From: Nitrosopumilus sp.
GTDB taxonomy: Archaea > Thermoproteota > Nitrososphaeria > Nitrososphaerales > Nitrosopumilaceae
NCBI GenBank assembly: GCA_965203315.1
Contig: OZ241857.1
Span: 320,001-384,000 of the forward strand
DNA length: 64,000 nucleotides
Reading direction: 5' to 3'
The position numbers were made by a program, and so were the translations under genes. Below, in pieces: positions 52,901 through 62,463 of this stretch (position 1 is the stretch's first letter; every line of letters begins with the position of its first letter). The notes beneath the pieces were generated by a model, which searched no databases, had not been told where the DNA came from, and saw nothing but the letters and a program-made list of their open reading frames with translations.

Positions 52901-53511
52901 TTCTCGGGTATCTCGTCTACATTTTGTATTATTCCATGTTCATCTATATTAGCATAAAACGTAGCATTTGTTATTATTATTCCCTGTCCATCAGGATCGA
53001 GCATTATAGGGTGATTGTTCTTATCACGTGCAAGAGAGTGACGTATATCTGGATTTGAAAAGTCAACTCCTGTATCAACTATTGCGACTGTGGCGCCCTT
53101 GCCTGTAAAGCCATACTGTTCATGTACAATATCTGCTTGGACTGTCTTGGCTATACGTGACGCGTCGTCCGCATGAAAATCTAGTTTGTAGTCTTCGATT
53201 ACCGTATATCCTAGAGCAGCTAGTCTTGCAGCACTCGTCTCTGATATCACAGATACAGCAAAGAATCCATTATCTGTGGTTATCATGTGTGAGTTTGGAA
53301 CATCCATATATCCAGAACCAAATATCAGATATCTCTTGTACTCTTGATCTGTGTACTCGATATCGATTATCTCAGAGTACTGTATTTGTGGTTGTACACT
53401 CTGACGAGGAATATCTGAATAGAGTGTGTCAGAGTATTGTGCATCAGAGTATTGTACTATAGTAAATGCCACCAGTCCCAAGACTGCAACAATTGCGAAC
53501 ACTCTGTGCAA
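49921..53511 (-). CDS. S8 (subtilisin-like) serine peptidase, secreted
   Basis: IVDTG, GHGT, GTSMAAP catalytic triad; signal peptide. Confidence 0.93.
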   Translation of the reverse strand: MHRVFAIVAVLGLVAFTIVQYSDAQYSDTLYSDIPRQSVQPQIQYSEIIDIEYTDQEYKRYLIFGSGYMDVPNSHMITTDNGFFAVSVISETSAARLAALGYTVIEDYKLDFHADDASRIAKTVQADIVHEQYGFTGKGATVAIVDTGVDFSNPDIRHSLARDKNNHPIMLDPDGQGIIITNATFYANIDEHGIIQNVDEIPENMTSSVYVSDRGVFLDINKNNKGTVISIYNSFFPAGGNSIVFNGTLDKDMKIGRDRHNYIKSASGIYKLGVMYQGSLDGPLARIQVVPILVVDSFKAGIYDTIIPDMSTSWKDFTRFDLKDGKRPNYDFDFTDERPIVLGSGNEFLVYDSNRDGRDDYTAGTVGARVLDIYGAIHDDESHIDDHLGAVNGTLLPALDPNGDFFGVMTDFDGHGTSSAATITSRGVSIYHVYNDTREYTITGVAPDAKIVPIKALWFGDVVYGWLWAAGFDNTNGTWKFTGNSRADIISNSWGVSTFPGLERAPGMDILSLIIGVLTVPQSLHDDYGGVLMITSAGNAGHGYGTISLPGGSPFSVSVGATTNNVFVGYGPFKDQPRFGNKTIHQNHIVDFSSRGPSIIGDPKPDIMGTGAYSFTPSSVLSKKDSTVEPFRLYGGTSMAAPMIAGAAAVLIEASRENGFDYDPFVLKRILMSSADDLYNDPFTQGAGLVDVYAAVRYINGTDGTFSAYNDGSFHNVLQVLSPAMENVNSSTIGLDRFKLPDKSMQMASWFAGQLMAGERSTTTYTIHNPSNDTIRVDIIPQRLSLVGQETFTGVTVPREQDPVHNKSSILVPNYVRLADVHSHTSLKELFDERYIPDTATLMVLNVNFDFDTFLNDTTTYADDLQISSLYVYDWIDGDDDTDIDSDELVMVNRGGSWGTVQELRVNMPTEQFEGVPLVGIYPVPVKYSYWVGDTKHNATAMNYTLSASYYAKERWPLVWTSSQSIEIPPRSTETVDITLVVPNVYSTGVYQGFLTFVGDHHTVNSPVSFVVKEPVTHSNDVIVVHGTNSSDVLYGTGYIKGAFDMTSRYMAGDWRQFYFDIQDNSTDSAVLEVSWYNKDTSLALFVMDPVGRIVQTNVPSGVFGELNDWPSLDWLGVSSFSEGGGFYPIKNKDETSTVIYIPINQTGTYSVMAHATLFGGDSTTEQIDIVGRFSDSTKIPTLEDVDVPSGNDTKD

Positions 53512-54015
53512 TGCTCTTTTTTCTCATGTATGATATAACTATCTTTGTCATTTGATTATGAGATAAAGATATTCGCCGCCCAATATGAAATGGTGTCACT
53601 CTCCTAGACAGACCGATAGTGATGTATTCATACTAGAGTAGAATAGATCTAGTTGCCAAATAATAAACATGGTTACGTGTCGATGTTTATTGAGATATTC
53701 TCGATTTACATGAATTTCACAAGGCTTTCTACACACTCGAGCTCTACTCGAAGATTATTTTGAGAGATTACTCTAGATTTTGTGGTCTAGTTGTCCACGT
53801 GTCTAGTTGTCCACGAGTATGCTTAGTATCATCTAATTTGATCGATCTCTACATATGATTAATTTGATAGTCTTGTGCCCAATCACAAGATGTAGCAATA
53901 GTCTTGGTGTCTTTTGCAACCATCCATCCCTAGACTAGTGAGATTCGTTTATTGACTAGTTTCATATCGCAATGACCTACATATCTGTTAAACAAAAAAA
54001 GAAGAGATGTTTGAT

Positions 54016-55107
54016 CTAGATTGTACTCTTGATCATTCTTACACGTCTAGTCATGACGATGGTTACGCCTATGGCTACTGCCATCACCATCATCACCATC
54101 ACTCCGAACTCGGGGACAATCTTTTCCACAGTCTCCATCTTTATCAGTATGGCGTCGATCTGTTCATCAATCTTGTCTGCATCCTCTCCACTCTTTATCA
54201 TGTCACGCAACTCTTCCCGCAGCATAATCTCCACCTCTTCCATCAACTCTCGTTCACCTGCATCAACTAGTGGTTGTTCTAGAAACTCATAGTTGTCTAG
54301 ATACGCTCTTGTGACGAGACTCAAAGCTAGGTCGGTATTACCCATTCGGTACTCTGTCTTTGTGTCTTCTAGTAGACTCTTTATCGTGTCTACGTATGTT
54401 ACTAGATCTCTCTCCGTAGACCCAACTACGATCTCTGAGATTATTCTGTCTACGATCTCATCTACCAGAGTAGGATCTGCACGTTGTGTGTATGCATCAC
54501 TCAATTCAGAGTATGCCGCATCTATATTTGCAGACTTTGTATCGCCCAAGTAGGATCTCTGTTCTTCAAATATCTGCTTGCTCTTTACCACAAACGCAGA
54601 ACCATCTTGAAACTCGGGCATGTTCCCGATCACTCCGTCTTGGACAGCTTCATAGTACTCGGCCACAGATGTCTCCAAGAGTATACGCACTAGTTCTAGT
54701 TGAAACTCTGGATCATCCAAACTTGACTTTGGGACTATGGCTGCACGTGTCTGTTCGATGATATCTTTTGCATCATCTATTGCTCTCTGTGCTTGTGCTC
54801 GTGATACATCTGTCGTTGCTTTCTTTTGTAGATCTTGTAATGTAGTCCTTACCAGATCATCTAGTGCCGGATCCTTCTCTACAAGCTGTGGCTTGAGCGA
54901 TGTATATATCTCGGCGATAGGATGTGTTGCATGGACCAGTGCTAGTTTTGCGTTATTCTCGTCTAGGTTTAACTCTATTGCCCAAAAGTGACCTAGCGTC
55001 TCTTCGAGTCCTGAAGCAAAGTCTACCTCGTCTTGTGTGTACGCTTGCGCAGACTGTATCGATATTATGACAGATACAGTCATGAACGCAATTGCTAAAA
55101 GCTTCAT
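54016..55107 (-). CDS. PEFG-CTERM surface protein, probable metal-binding partner of FTR1
   Basis: C-terminal VPEFG plus TM helix plus RR; HATHP and AYLDNYEFLE motifs. Confidence 0.85.
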   Translation of the reverse strand: MKLLAIAFMTVSVIISIQSAQAYTQDEVDFASGLEETLGHFWAIELNLDENNAKLALVHATHPIAEIYTSLKPQLVEKDPALDDLVRTTLQDLQKKATTDVSRAQAQRAIDDAKDIIEQTRAAIVPKSSLDDPEFQLELVRILLETSVAEYYEAVQDGVIGNMPEFQDGSAFVVKSKQIFEEQRSYLGDTKSANIDAAYSELSDAYTQRADPTLVDEIVDRIISEIVVGSTERDLVTYVDTIKSLLEDTKTEYRMGNTDLALSLVTRAYLDNYEFLEQPLVDAGERELMEEVEIMLREELRDMIKSGEDADKIDEQIDAILIKMETVEKIVPEFGVMVMMVMAVAIGVTIVMTRRVRMIKSTI

Positions 55108-55149
55108 AACTTTTGAGAAAAGTATACACTATAAAACGAGTATCTTGAT

Positions 55150-55385
55150 TCCAAGTTTTTGTTATTAATGGCTGTAATTGATTCCATCATGTATCGGTAT
55201 AATCCATATCAGACAGATGATGATTCCATCACACAACGTGTATCGTCTCTGGAAAACTCTTTAAAGAAAGTCATTACGCTTGCATGATCTAACTCTACGC
55301 GTCTGTTGAACAACAGATCGCCACTCTCATTTACGCCTGCTATCTGTAGAAACATCTTGTGCACATCTATTCCGACATAGATCAT
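55150..55385 (-). pseudogene. IS110-family transposase N-terminal remnant
   Basis: MIYVGIDVHK...CVMESSSV* with internal stop. Confidence 0.75.
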
Positions 55386-55619
55386 GTTTCCATTTTTTTA
55401 GAGGGATAATCTGTTTGTTTGCATCTCCATCTATCTCTGCTCGCTTTGTGGTCGATTTCTTAACGAACGATATGCTTGGTATCATCTAATTGAGTTGCTA
55501 TCAATTTCTTCACATATGGTTACTTTTTGTACCACACATACCTAGAATCTCGTAGGTCTCGAAGATTATGCAGAACCCAATTCCAGAATATTTTTATGTG
55601 GTTATGACGATGATCTACT

Positions 55620-56234
55620 GTGGCAATAGAGAGCAAGATGTTAGAGATCAGTGAGATCGAAGAGTATATCATCTTGTTGGTACATGTAGACGATCAACAC
55701 ATGCGAGGTAGACAGAAACTCCAATTTTTGATCTACATGTTGGGAGATCCCTATCCAGAGATCAGAGAGTTGTGTGATTTTACAATAAAAGATAATGGAC
55801 CACACAGTACAGTAATAGATAACTCTCTCGATCATCTTGTACAGTTGAGTCTGCTAGTAGAGGGTGATGGTGCTATACAATTGACAGAAAAGTGTGCCGA
55901 ATATACTAAAGATATTGTAGCTAAAAAAAACAAGATTCTAAAGTTTCCAGGACTAGTTAATATAACGATGCCAGATGTATTTATTGAACACAAGAGTATC
56001 ATAAACGATATTTCCATTCCAGAGATGCTCTCTTTTATGTACTGCGAGTACCCTTACATGCAAAAGGGTTCCATAACGTACAAGAAACTCAAACCATACA
56101 TTAAAGATCATTTATTTTCTTTATTTGCAAAAGAAAAGTTGAGTCTTGCACGGGTTGGAGGACTCATTGGCATACCAATACACTTAATGATGAAAGAGGC
56201 GGGTAACCGAGGCTTACTCCGATTAGAGCTTTGA
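55620..56234 (+). CDS. Putative antitoxin (wHTH plus UPF0175-like), pair 2
   Basis: Paralog of 18560..19174. Confidence 0.7.
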   Translation: MAIESKMLEISEIEEYIILLVHVDDQHMRGRQKLQFLIYMLGDPYPEIRELCDFTIKDNGPHSTVIDNSLDHLVQLSLLVEGDGAIQLTEKCAEYTKDIVAKKNKILKFPGLVNITMPDVFIEHKSIINDISIPEMLSFMYCEYPYMQKGSITYKKLKPYIKDHLFSLFAKEKLSLARVGGLIGIPIHLMMKEAGNRGLLRLEL

Positions 56235-56722
56235 AGATATTCGATACGTCTCCCTTGGTTGGAATATTCAATGAATCTAAAAGACCAGATATGTTTGATG
56301 ATCTTTTACAATTGGGACACAAATTAACAACTACAAAATATGTGTTATCGGAGATAAAGGATCCTAATACTTGTACAAATGTTAAAAGATTAATGCGGGA
56401 ACATAAACTTGAATGCTTAGAAAAAAACTCGCTAGAAGAGATTGAAAATTTTAAACGAATTTATAAAAAATTAGAAAAAGGTGAGATAGATGTACTTCTA
56501 ACTTACATAAAACTAAGCCAACACATCACCCGCATTTACTGTATTTTAGATGACGGAAATGCGCGAAAAGTAGCATCAAAATTAGACCTCCAATATACTG
56601 GTCTGATAGGACTGCTAAGGCTACTAAATAATCGTGGAATTAAGAGCCTTGATGAGATCAACAAGATTCTCAAACTACTAAAAGAAGGTGGTTTCAGGAT
56701 GCCAAAACACATTGATATCTAG
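56231..56722 (+). CDS. PIN-domain toxin, pair 2
   Basis: IFDTSPL...GEIDVL...LDDGNARK. Confidence 0.85.
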   Translation: MKIFDTSPLVGIFNESKRPDMFDDLLQLGHKLTTTKYVLSEIKDPNTCTNVKRLMREHKLECLEKNSLEEIENFKRIYKKLEKGEIDVLLTYIKLSQHITRIYCILDDGNARKVASKLDLQYTGLIGLLRLLNNRGIKSLDEINKILKLLKEGGFRMPKHIDI

Positions 56723-56863
56723 CTGTGATCTTTAGGTTCTTTTAACTTATCGGGGGGGGGGGAGGGTATTTGAAATTTAGGAGATCTCTTGGAAATTTGC
56801 TGTCGGTGGCAATCCCACAAACAATTCACAAAAATTACATATTATTAAACAATTCATCTTGAA

Positions 56864-57000
56864 TAGATATCATGTATAATTCATTATTCACAGGAACGCT
56901 CTTTGTTGATTAAAATAACTTGTTGTATCGTAAATTACAGAAAAAATAACATGTACTCTGACATTTATTGAAATTAAAAATAACAAAGACGCTGTAAAAC
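56864..57000. mobile_element. Solo end of the IS5 element (matches 10264..~10400)
   Basis: Near-identical TAGATATCATGTATAATTC...TAACAAAGACGC. Confidence 0.85.
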
Positions 57001-57118
57001 GATTCTCTTCGATTTATATGATGTGGCTTCTCGCAAAGGATTTTTGCATAATTTTCCTCTAGACTCTTACAGTGCTTTTTTTCTGTAACCCATTATTCTA
57101 CGTAAATAGAATAGATCC
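57001..57118. mobile_element. MITE family C, copy 1
   Basis: CTCTTCGATTTA...TAAATAGAATAGATCC; similar to 58928..59043. Confidence 0.75.
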
Positions 57119-57126
57119 TTAAAACA

Positions 57127-57885
57127 TTACTTTGCCATGCTGGAGATTTTTTTGAAAATATTTGTAGAGACTTCATTAAATGGAGGAGGATCATGAGGTA
57201 AAAATGGGCCAAGATCTTTGATCCAATCTTTTTCCATTTCTTTTACACTCTTGCTGAATGCATCAAGATTGAAATCTTCGTCATAAAGGTTGATTTTAGC
57301 TTTGATCATATTTGAATCTAATGATATTTGCTTACAAAAGAGATAATTCAAATCATATAGGTGTCGAGGAGCTCCAGAATAAATCACCGCTCTAACCTTT
57401 TCTGCCATTATCTCTTCTACGGGCATTGATGGAATTGTAAAAATAGGAATTGCTCTATATTTGTGTAAAACAATAGAATTACGGGGTTTACGAAGTACTG
57501 TTTCTCTCATACTCAGATCAATTCTTAAGCTATTTGGATAATTATTAAATCCATTGTATTTTATTGTAACTTTTTTACTACTTGCTACAATACTTTCTTT
57601 TTTAATCTTCGTTATAGCAAAATCAAGGCTGTCTTTTTTGCTGTCTAATAACGAAATCAATTCTTCAGATATATCTTCTAAACATGTAAAATCAATATCT
57701 TCTGAAAATCTGAAATCTTTGAAATACACTTTTTTTAACGCGGTACCACCTTTGAATACCATTTTACTGATCTGTGAAAATTGTGAAATTAAGAAAAGAA
57801 TGTTTGTGATTGCATAATCCTTTTCGATTGTTCCAATTGGAACTTTTTCTTTTGCGGCTAATTTTCGTATCAGTTCATCATTCAT
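57127..57885 (-). CDS. AbiEii-family nucleotidyltransferase toxin (type IV TA)
   Basis: IEKDY, FKGGTALKK, RFSEDIDF, AEKVRA, RHLYD. Confidence 0.92.
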   Translation of the reverse strand: MNDELIRKLAAKEKVPIGTIEKDYAITNILFLISQFSQISKMVFKGGTALKKVYFKDFRFSEDIDFTCLEDISEELISLLDSKKDSLDFAITKIKKESIVASSKKVTIKYNGFNNYPNSLRIDLSMRETVLRKPRNSIVLHKYRAIPIFTIPSMPVEEIMAEKVRAVIYSGAPRHLYDLNYLFCKQISLDSNMIKAKINLYDEDFNLDAFSKSVKEMEKDWIKDLGPFLPHDPPPFNEVSTNIFKKISSMAK

Positions 57886-58697
57886 TAATATCCCATCCAT
57901 CCCAATAGACGGCTTTTTCTTTTATTAATAATCAATCCATATTCTTTAGAATAACTCAACCTCGCTTTTGTAGTATTGGGATCAAGGAAGTGATATCCTT
58001 TGAAAGTGTTTTTTAGTTCGTTTGCTATTTCTTGTTCAATATCTAAAATATTTAAAATATATCCCAACCTTCTCAAAACTATACTTGCATCAACCCTCTT
58101 TGACATCTCTAGTACATCTGACCAATTTACATCATCTTTTACATTCCACATTGCCTTGACGATCTCGGATATGCCTCCACAATATTCAGGATGGGTTAAA
58201 CCGTCAACAATTGTCTTTTCTTTAGAAGAGATGTTAAAGGTTTCTGTTTCACTCGCTTGTTGCTCAATAAATCCAAAGAATTTTTTCTTTGATAACGTTA
58301 CAAATTTGAATTTTTGATTTACAAATCCAAAACTTTTTTTCCTCTTTGTGGTTATCACAAAAACTGTGTAAGGAATCTGTTCTGTCATCCCCCAATAATT
58401 CATAGCTGTCAAAAAGCCAACATAATAGACATCGATTAGATGTGAAACTAGTACCAATGGCGATTCTGTCCAATATAGATCACTGCCTGCTTTTTCGGGC
58501 ACTAGGAGATACTTGTCTCTCTGGATTCGTTGTAATCTACCTTTTCGTGTCAAATTCATAAGAATATGTCTTACTGATTGATCAGATGTCTGTAGATGGT
58601 ATTTGGCAGTATTAGAATTAAAGATACTGACTCTTTTTTCTGCCAATGTGAGTAAGAGTCTATTTTCTTGAGGTCCCAGATTTATACTTTGTGCCAC
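57885..58697 (-). CDS. AbiEi-family antitoxin
   Basis: N-terminal wHTH, YVGFLTAMNYWGMTEQIP, EKTIVD. Confidence 0.9.
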   Translation of the reverse strand: MAQSINLGPQENRLLLTLAEKRVSIFNSNTAKYHLQTSDQSVRHILMNLTRKGRLQRIQRDKYLLVPEKAGSDLYWTESPLVLVSHLIDVYYVGFLTAMNYWGMTEQIPYTVFVITTKRKKSFGFVNQKFKFVTLSKKKFFGFIEQQASETETFNISSKEKTIVDGLTHPEYCGGISEIVKAMWNVKDDVNWSDVLEMSKRVDASIVLRRLGYILNILDIEQEIANELKNTFKGYHFLDPNTTKARLSYSKEYGLIINKRKSRLLGWMGY

Positions 58698-58722
58698 GAT
58701 AATTCACTAACAAGGAATTATC
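58698..58722. promoter_or_regulatory. Inverted repeat GATAATTC-N9-GAATTATC, candidate AbiEi operator
   Basis: Lies between a TATA-like box (58731-58740) and the abiEi start. Confidence 0.4.
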
Positions 58723-58927
58723 ACTACATGAAATATATAAGTATTAACTATGGGTGCTCTTACGTTGTAGAGACTTGAGGATTTCGGCATGGGATCTCAA
58801 GATCGAATGTTGAGATTCCAATTTTATGCCAGAGATCGATATGATGAGGCATCAGCTCTTGAGCCACTTTGTATGCAGTTCATATTGTTAGATCACTTGA
58901 GATCAACTAAAATTTCTCATTCGTGAA

Positions 58928-59043
58928 GGATCTCTTCGATTTATGTTGGATGACATCTCGCAAGGGTTTTGTATGATTTTCCTCTGGGGCTCTTACAATG
59001 CTTTTTTCTGTAATCCTTCATTTCACGTAAATAGAAGAGATCC
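58928..59043. mobile_element. MITE family C, copy 2
   Basis: TIR GGATCTCTTCGATTTA / TAAATAGAAGAGATCC. Confidence 0.85.
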
Positions 59044-59058
59044 TCTTGTGTGCCATTG

Positions 59059-59172
59059 GGATCTTTTCGGTTCGCGTGGGACGAATAATTACAGAAAACA
59101 CTACAAGATTCTATAAGAGAAAATTAGGAAAAAGTCTTGTGAAATACCATCCCACGTAAATCGAAGAGATCC
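59059..59172. mobile_element. MITE family C, copy 3 (inverted) with 8-bp target duplication
   Basis: Flanked by TGCCATTG at 59051-59058 and 59173-59180. Confidence 0.88.
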
Positions 59173-59502
59173 TGCCATTGTTCGACTATACTATTGTATA
59201 GTTGAGATGACTCTGCTTAACGAAAACCGCGTTTCAGTATAGTTGTTGTCATCTGCCACTAAAATTCAAGCTCTACAACTTGGAGAATCGTAATCTTTGC
59301 CCATGAATTGATTCTATGATCGTCATCAGACATGGTGTATCTTTTATCACCGTCTATCGACCAATACATCTCAAAATACTTGTCTCAGATATCACAAGTG
59401 TTAGTAAAATTTAACCACTAACAATATCAAACTGAAAAGGATCGTACTGGACCATGACTACAATTCTAGAATGTTTTTATGTCGTTATATGGATAACATG
59501 GC

Positions 59503-60117
59503 ATGGCAATCGACACTGCAACTCTAGAGATCAGCGAACTAGAAAAGTACATCATTTTACTGGCATACGTAGATGATGAACCGATACACGGAAGGCAGAA
59601 ACTTCAACTAATAATGTACGTACTAGGTACTCCATATCCAGAAATAAGAGAGTGGTGTAATTTTACAATAAAGGATGATGGTCCACACAGTACCATTCTA
59701 GAGGATACTTTGGAGCGTCTAGTTCAAATGAACATGCTAGCAGAAAATGACGACGTCATTCAATTAACCAAGCACAGTATAGAACATGCAAAAGCTATTG
59801 TAGATGAGAAGGGTGGAATGCCGTTGATTCAAGATATATTTGACATAAAGATACCACAAGTATGTAGCAATCATAAAAGTACTCTCAATGACATAACTAT
59901 TCCAGAGATGCTGTCGTATATGTACTGTCATTATCCATATATGACTAAAGGTTCTAAAACATATGAAAAACTTAAGCCAAATATTAAAGAACATATAATT
60001 TCAATGTATGTGAAAGAAAAGATCACTCTGGGTAGAGCAGGAGAATTACTTGGTATGCCTAAACACATAATAATGGACGAGATGGCCAAAAGAAAATTAC
60101 TTCGGATTGGAAATTGA
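59503..60117 (+). CDS. Putative antitoxin (wHTH plus UPF0175-like), pair 3
   Basis: Paralog; EKITLGRAGELLG. Confidence 0.7.
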   Translation: MAIDTATLEISELEKYIILLAYVDDEPIHGRQKLQLIMYVLGTPYPEIREWCNFTIKDDGPHSTILEDTLERLVQMNMLAENDDVIQLTKHSIEHAKAIVDEKGGMPLIQDIFDIKIPQVCSNHKSTLNDITIPEMLSYMYCHYPYMTKGSKTYEKLKPNIKEHIISMYVKEKITLGRAGELLGMPKHIIMDEMAKRKLLRIGN

Positions 60118-60795
60118 AGATATTTGATTCGTCGCCGTTGATTGCAATATTTAATCAATTTCAGTATCCACAAGCATTTGATTATATTTTACAACTGGGA
60201 CATGAGCTAGCGATAACAAATTTTGTATGGGACGAATTAAAGGACGATAGTACACGTTCGAATGTAAAGAGATTGATCAAAGAAGGCAAACTCAGACAGT
60301 ACGAAAAGAATTCACTAAAAGAGATCAATAAAACTCTAGACGATGGACTAAACGCTGAAATAGGTGAGATATAGTCGAGGACAAAAATAAGTTCACACTA
60401 GTATTTGACCATAGTAATCAAATGTGGAGAGCACATGTGCCACATTCCATAGCAAAAGAAATAACATAACGCTAAAAATTAATAATGTTCTATTATGATA
60501 TGTCCTAATCAACCAATACAACTTGAAACAAAAAAGTGTTAACTTGTTTTTGTCCTTGACTATAGATGTACTCTTGACTTGTCAAAAGTTAGGCGGATAT
60601 GAGAATAATGTTTATTGTATCATTGATGACAAAAAGGCACAAAAAATAGCATCAAGATCAGGAATAAAATATCTTAATTTAAAAGGACTATTAAAGATGA
60701 TAAGCAGTAAAGGAATCAAGTATCCAAAAGAAATTGACGAAATTATTGAATTACTAGACAGATCAGAATTTAGACCACCTGTCGGTTTCACATAA
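60114..60795 (+). pseudogene. PIN-domain toxin, pair 3, interrupted by MITE A
   Basis: Removing the MITE restores GEIDVLLTC in frame. Confidence 0.9.
60370..60564. mobile_element. MITE family A, copy 2
   Basis: Reverse complement of 12302..12496; TA duplication. Confidence 0.92.
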
Positions 60796-61058
60796 TCTGT
60801 TGCGATTCATATCTGATTATTGGTTTTTTTAACTTATCGGAGGTGGCTATTGACAGTGTTGGGAGAGCAGTTTCCGGCAGTGTATTGACCGGAAGAATGT
60901 TGTGACGCCTTTTTGGACATTGATAGTACAAAACGCGGTTTTTTTAATTTATCGGGGGGTTAAGATTAAGATCAGTACTTCCAACTGTCTGCTTATTAAC
61001 AAGCCACATCAGCAATCTTTGGCGGAGGACACTTTTCTCGACAGAATTGAATGTAATC

Positions 61059-61273
61059 TATACCAAAGTGCAAAAGTATTTTTCAAGACGACAACAAATG
61101 AACGCACATGTACTTTTTATGGATGACTCATCAGGTAATGACGACGGCGCATGTGTTATTTCTATTGGCAAAATCGTTCAAATTGAGTACATTTGATTTC
61201 CGTAAGGCGGATTAATGATTACACACATGCTATTCTATGATTTACTTGGAAAATACTTTTGCACATTGATATA
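61059..61273. mobile_element. MITE family D (TA-flanked, IS630-type)
   Basis: TATACCAAAGTGCAAAAGTATTTTTCAAG versus inverted TATATCAATGTGCAAAAGTATTTTCCAAG. Confidence 0.75.
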
Positions 61274-61363
61274 TGTGCCAGAATAACCCTCAATACAAAA
61301 CTAGTTAAAATCATCTAGGATTTCTTACATCGATAATACAACTTGATTGTGAATCGAAATAGA

Positions 61364-61852
61364 CTATACGATACCACTGGGCAGTCTAAATTCTGATCTT
61401 TTGATTAATTCTATGATCTCATCAATCTTTTTTGGATATTCGATTCCTTTACTGCCTAGCATCTCTAACAGCCCTTTCAGATCAGTGTATCTTACTCCTA
61501 ATCTTGATGCTACCTTTTGTGCATCTTTATCATCAAGTATGCAATAGATGTTATTCTTGTACTCTCTTAGTTTTAAGCAGGACAGTATTACATCTGTTTC
61601 TCCACCATCCAATCTAATTCCATCTAGGTTAAATTTTTTGATCTCTTGAAATGAGCTCTCTTCTGGCTTTATGAGTTTACCTTCCTCTTTCAATCGTGTT
61701 ACATTTGTGCTTGTTCTATCGCCCTTTAATTCATCCCATACAAAATGAGGTACTGCTAACTCGTGACCCAACTGTAAAATATAATCAAATGCTTGTGGGT
61801 ACTGAAACTGATTGAATATCGCAATCAATGGCGACGAATCAAATATCTTTAA
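61364..61852 (-). pseudogene. PIN-domain toxin, pair 4, start codon lost (TTG to TTA)
   Basis: Frame open from TTA-AAG-ATA-TTT-GAT, which matches MKIFD in the paralogs. Confidence 0.65.
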
Positions 61853-62463
61853 TTTCCAAACCGAAGTAATTTTCTTTTGGCCAACTCGTCCATTATTACG
61901 TGCTTGGGTATTCCGAGTAACTCTGCAGCTCTACCGAAACTAAATCTCTCCTTTGCATACATGGAAATGATATATTCTTTGATGTTTGGCTTGAGTTTTT
62001 CATATGTTGTAGAACCTTTGGTCATATCTGGATATCTACAGTACAAGAATGATAACGCTTCTGGAATAGTTACACTGTTTATGACGTGTTTGTGGTTATG
62101 AAATACCCATACCATAGTTGGATTAAACGCATCTTCAATCTCTGGGAATCCACCCTTCTCTTCTCCAATGACTCTGGCATAATTCATACTATGCCTGGTT
62201 AATTGAATGGTGTCGTTGTTTTCATCTAGCATCTCCATTTGTACTAGATGCTTCAAAGTATCATCTAGAACAGTGCTGTATGGACCATCGTCTCTTACTG
62301 TATAATTGCACCAATCTCTGATCTCTGGATATGAATCACCTAACATGTACATCATTAATTGAAGTTTCTGTCTGCCGTATATTGGCTCGCCATCTACATA
62401 TACGAGCAATAGTATGTACTTTTCTAGTTCACTGTTCTCTAGGGTTGCAGTGTCGATTGCCAT
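61849..62463 (-). CDS. Putative antitoxin (wHTH plus UPF0175-like), pair 4
   Basis: Paralog; ERFSFGRAAELLG. Confidence 0.7.
   Translation of the reverse strand: MAIDTATLENSELEKYILLLVYVDGEPIYGRQKLQLMMYMLGDSYPEIRDWCNYTVRDDGPYSTVLDDTLKHLVQMEMLDENNDTIQLTRHSMNYARVIGEEKGGFPEIEDAFNPTMVWVFHNHKHVINSVTIPEALSFLYCRYPDMTKGSTTYEKLKPNIKEYIISMYAKERFSFGRAAELLGIPKHVIMDELAKRKLLRFGN

Noticed and set aside
54007-54270. His-rich ORF (CHHHHHHH)
   Set aside because: Antisense shadow of the VMVMMVM TM helix of the PEFG-CTERM gene
56750-56766. Poly-G run as a G-quadruplex or phase-variation tract
   Set aside because: Intergenic, within a MITE-like end; homopolymer length may be an assembly artefact
60523-60795. 90-aa ORF as an independent gene
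   Set aside because: It is the C-terminal half of the MITE-split PIN gene, with a start supplied by the MITE
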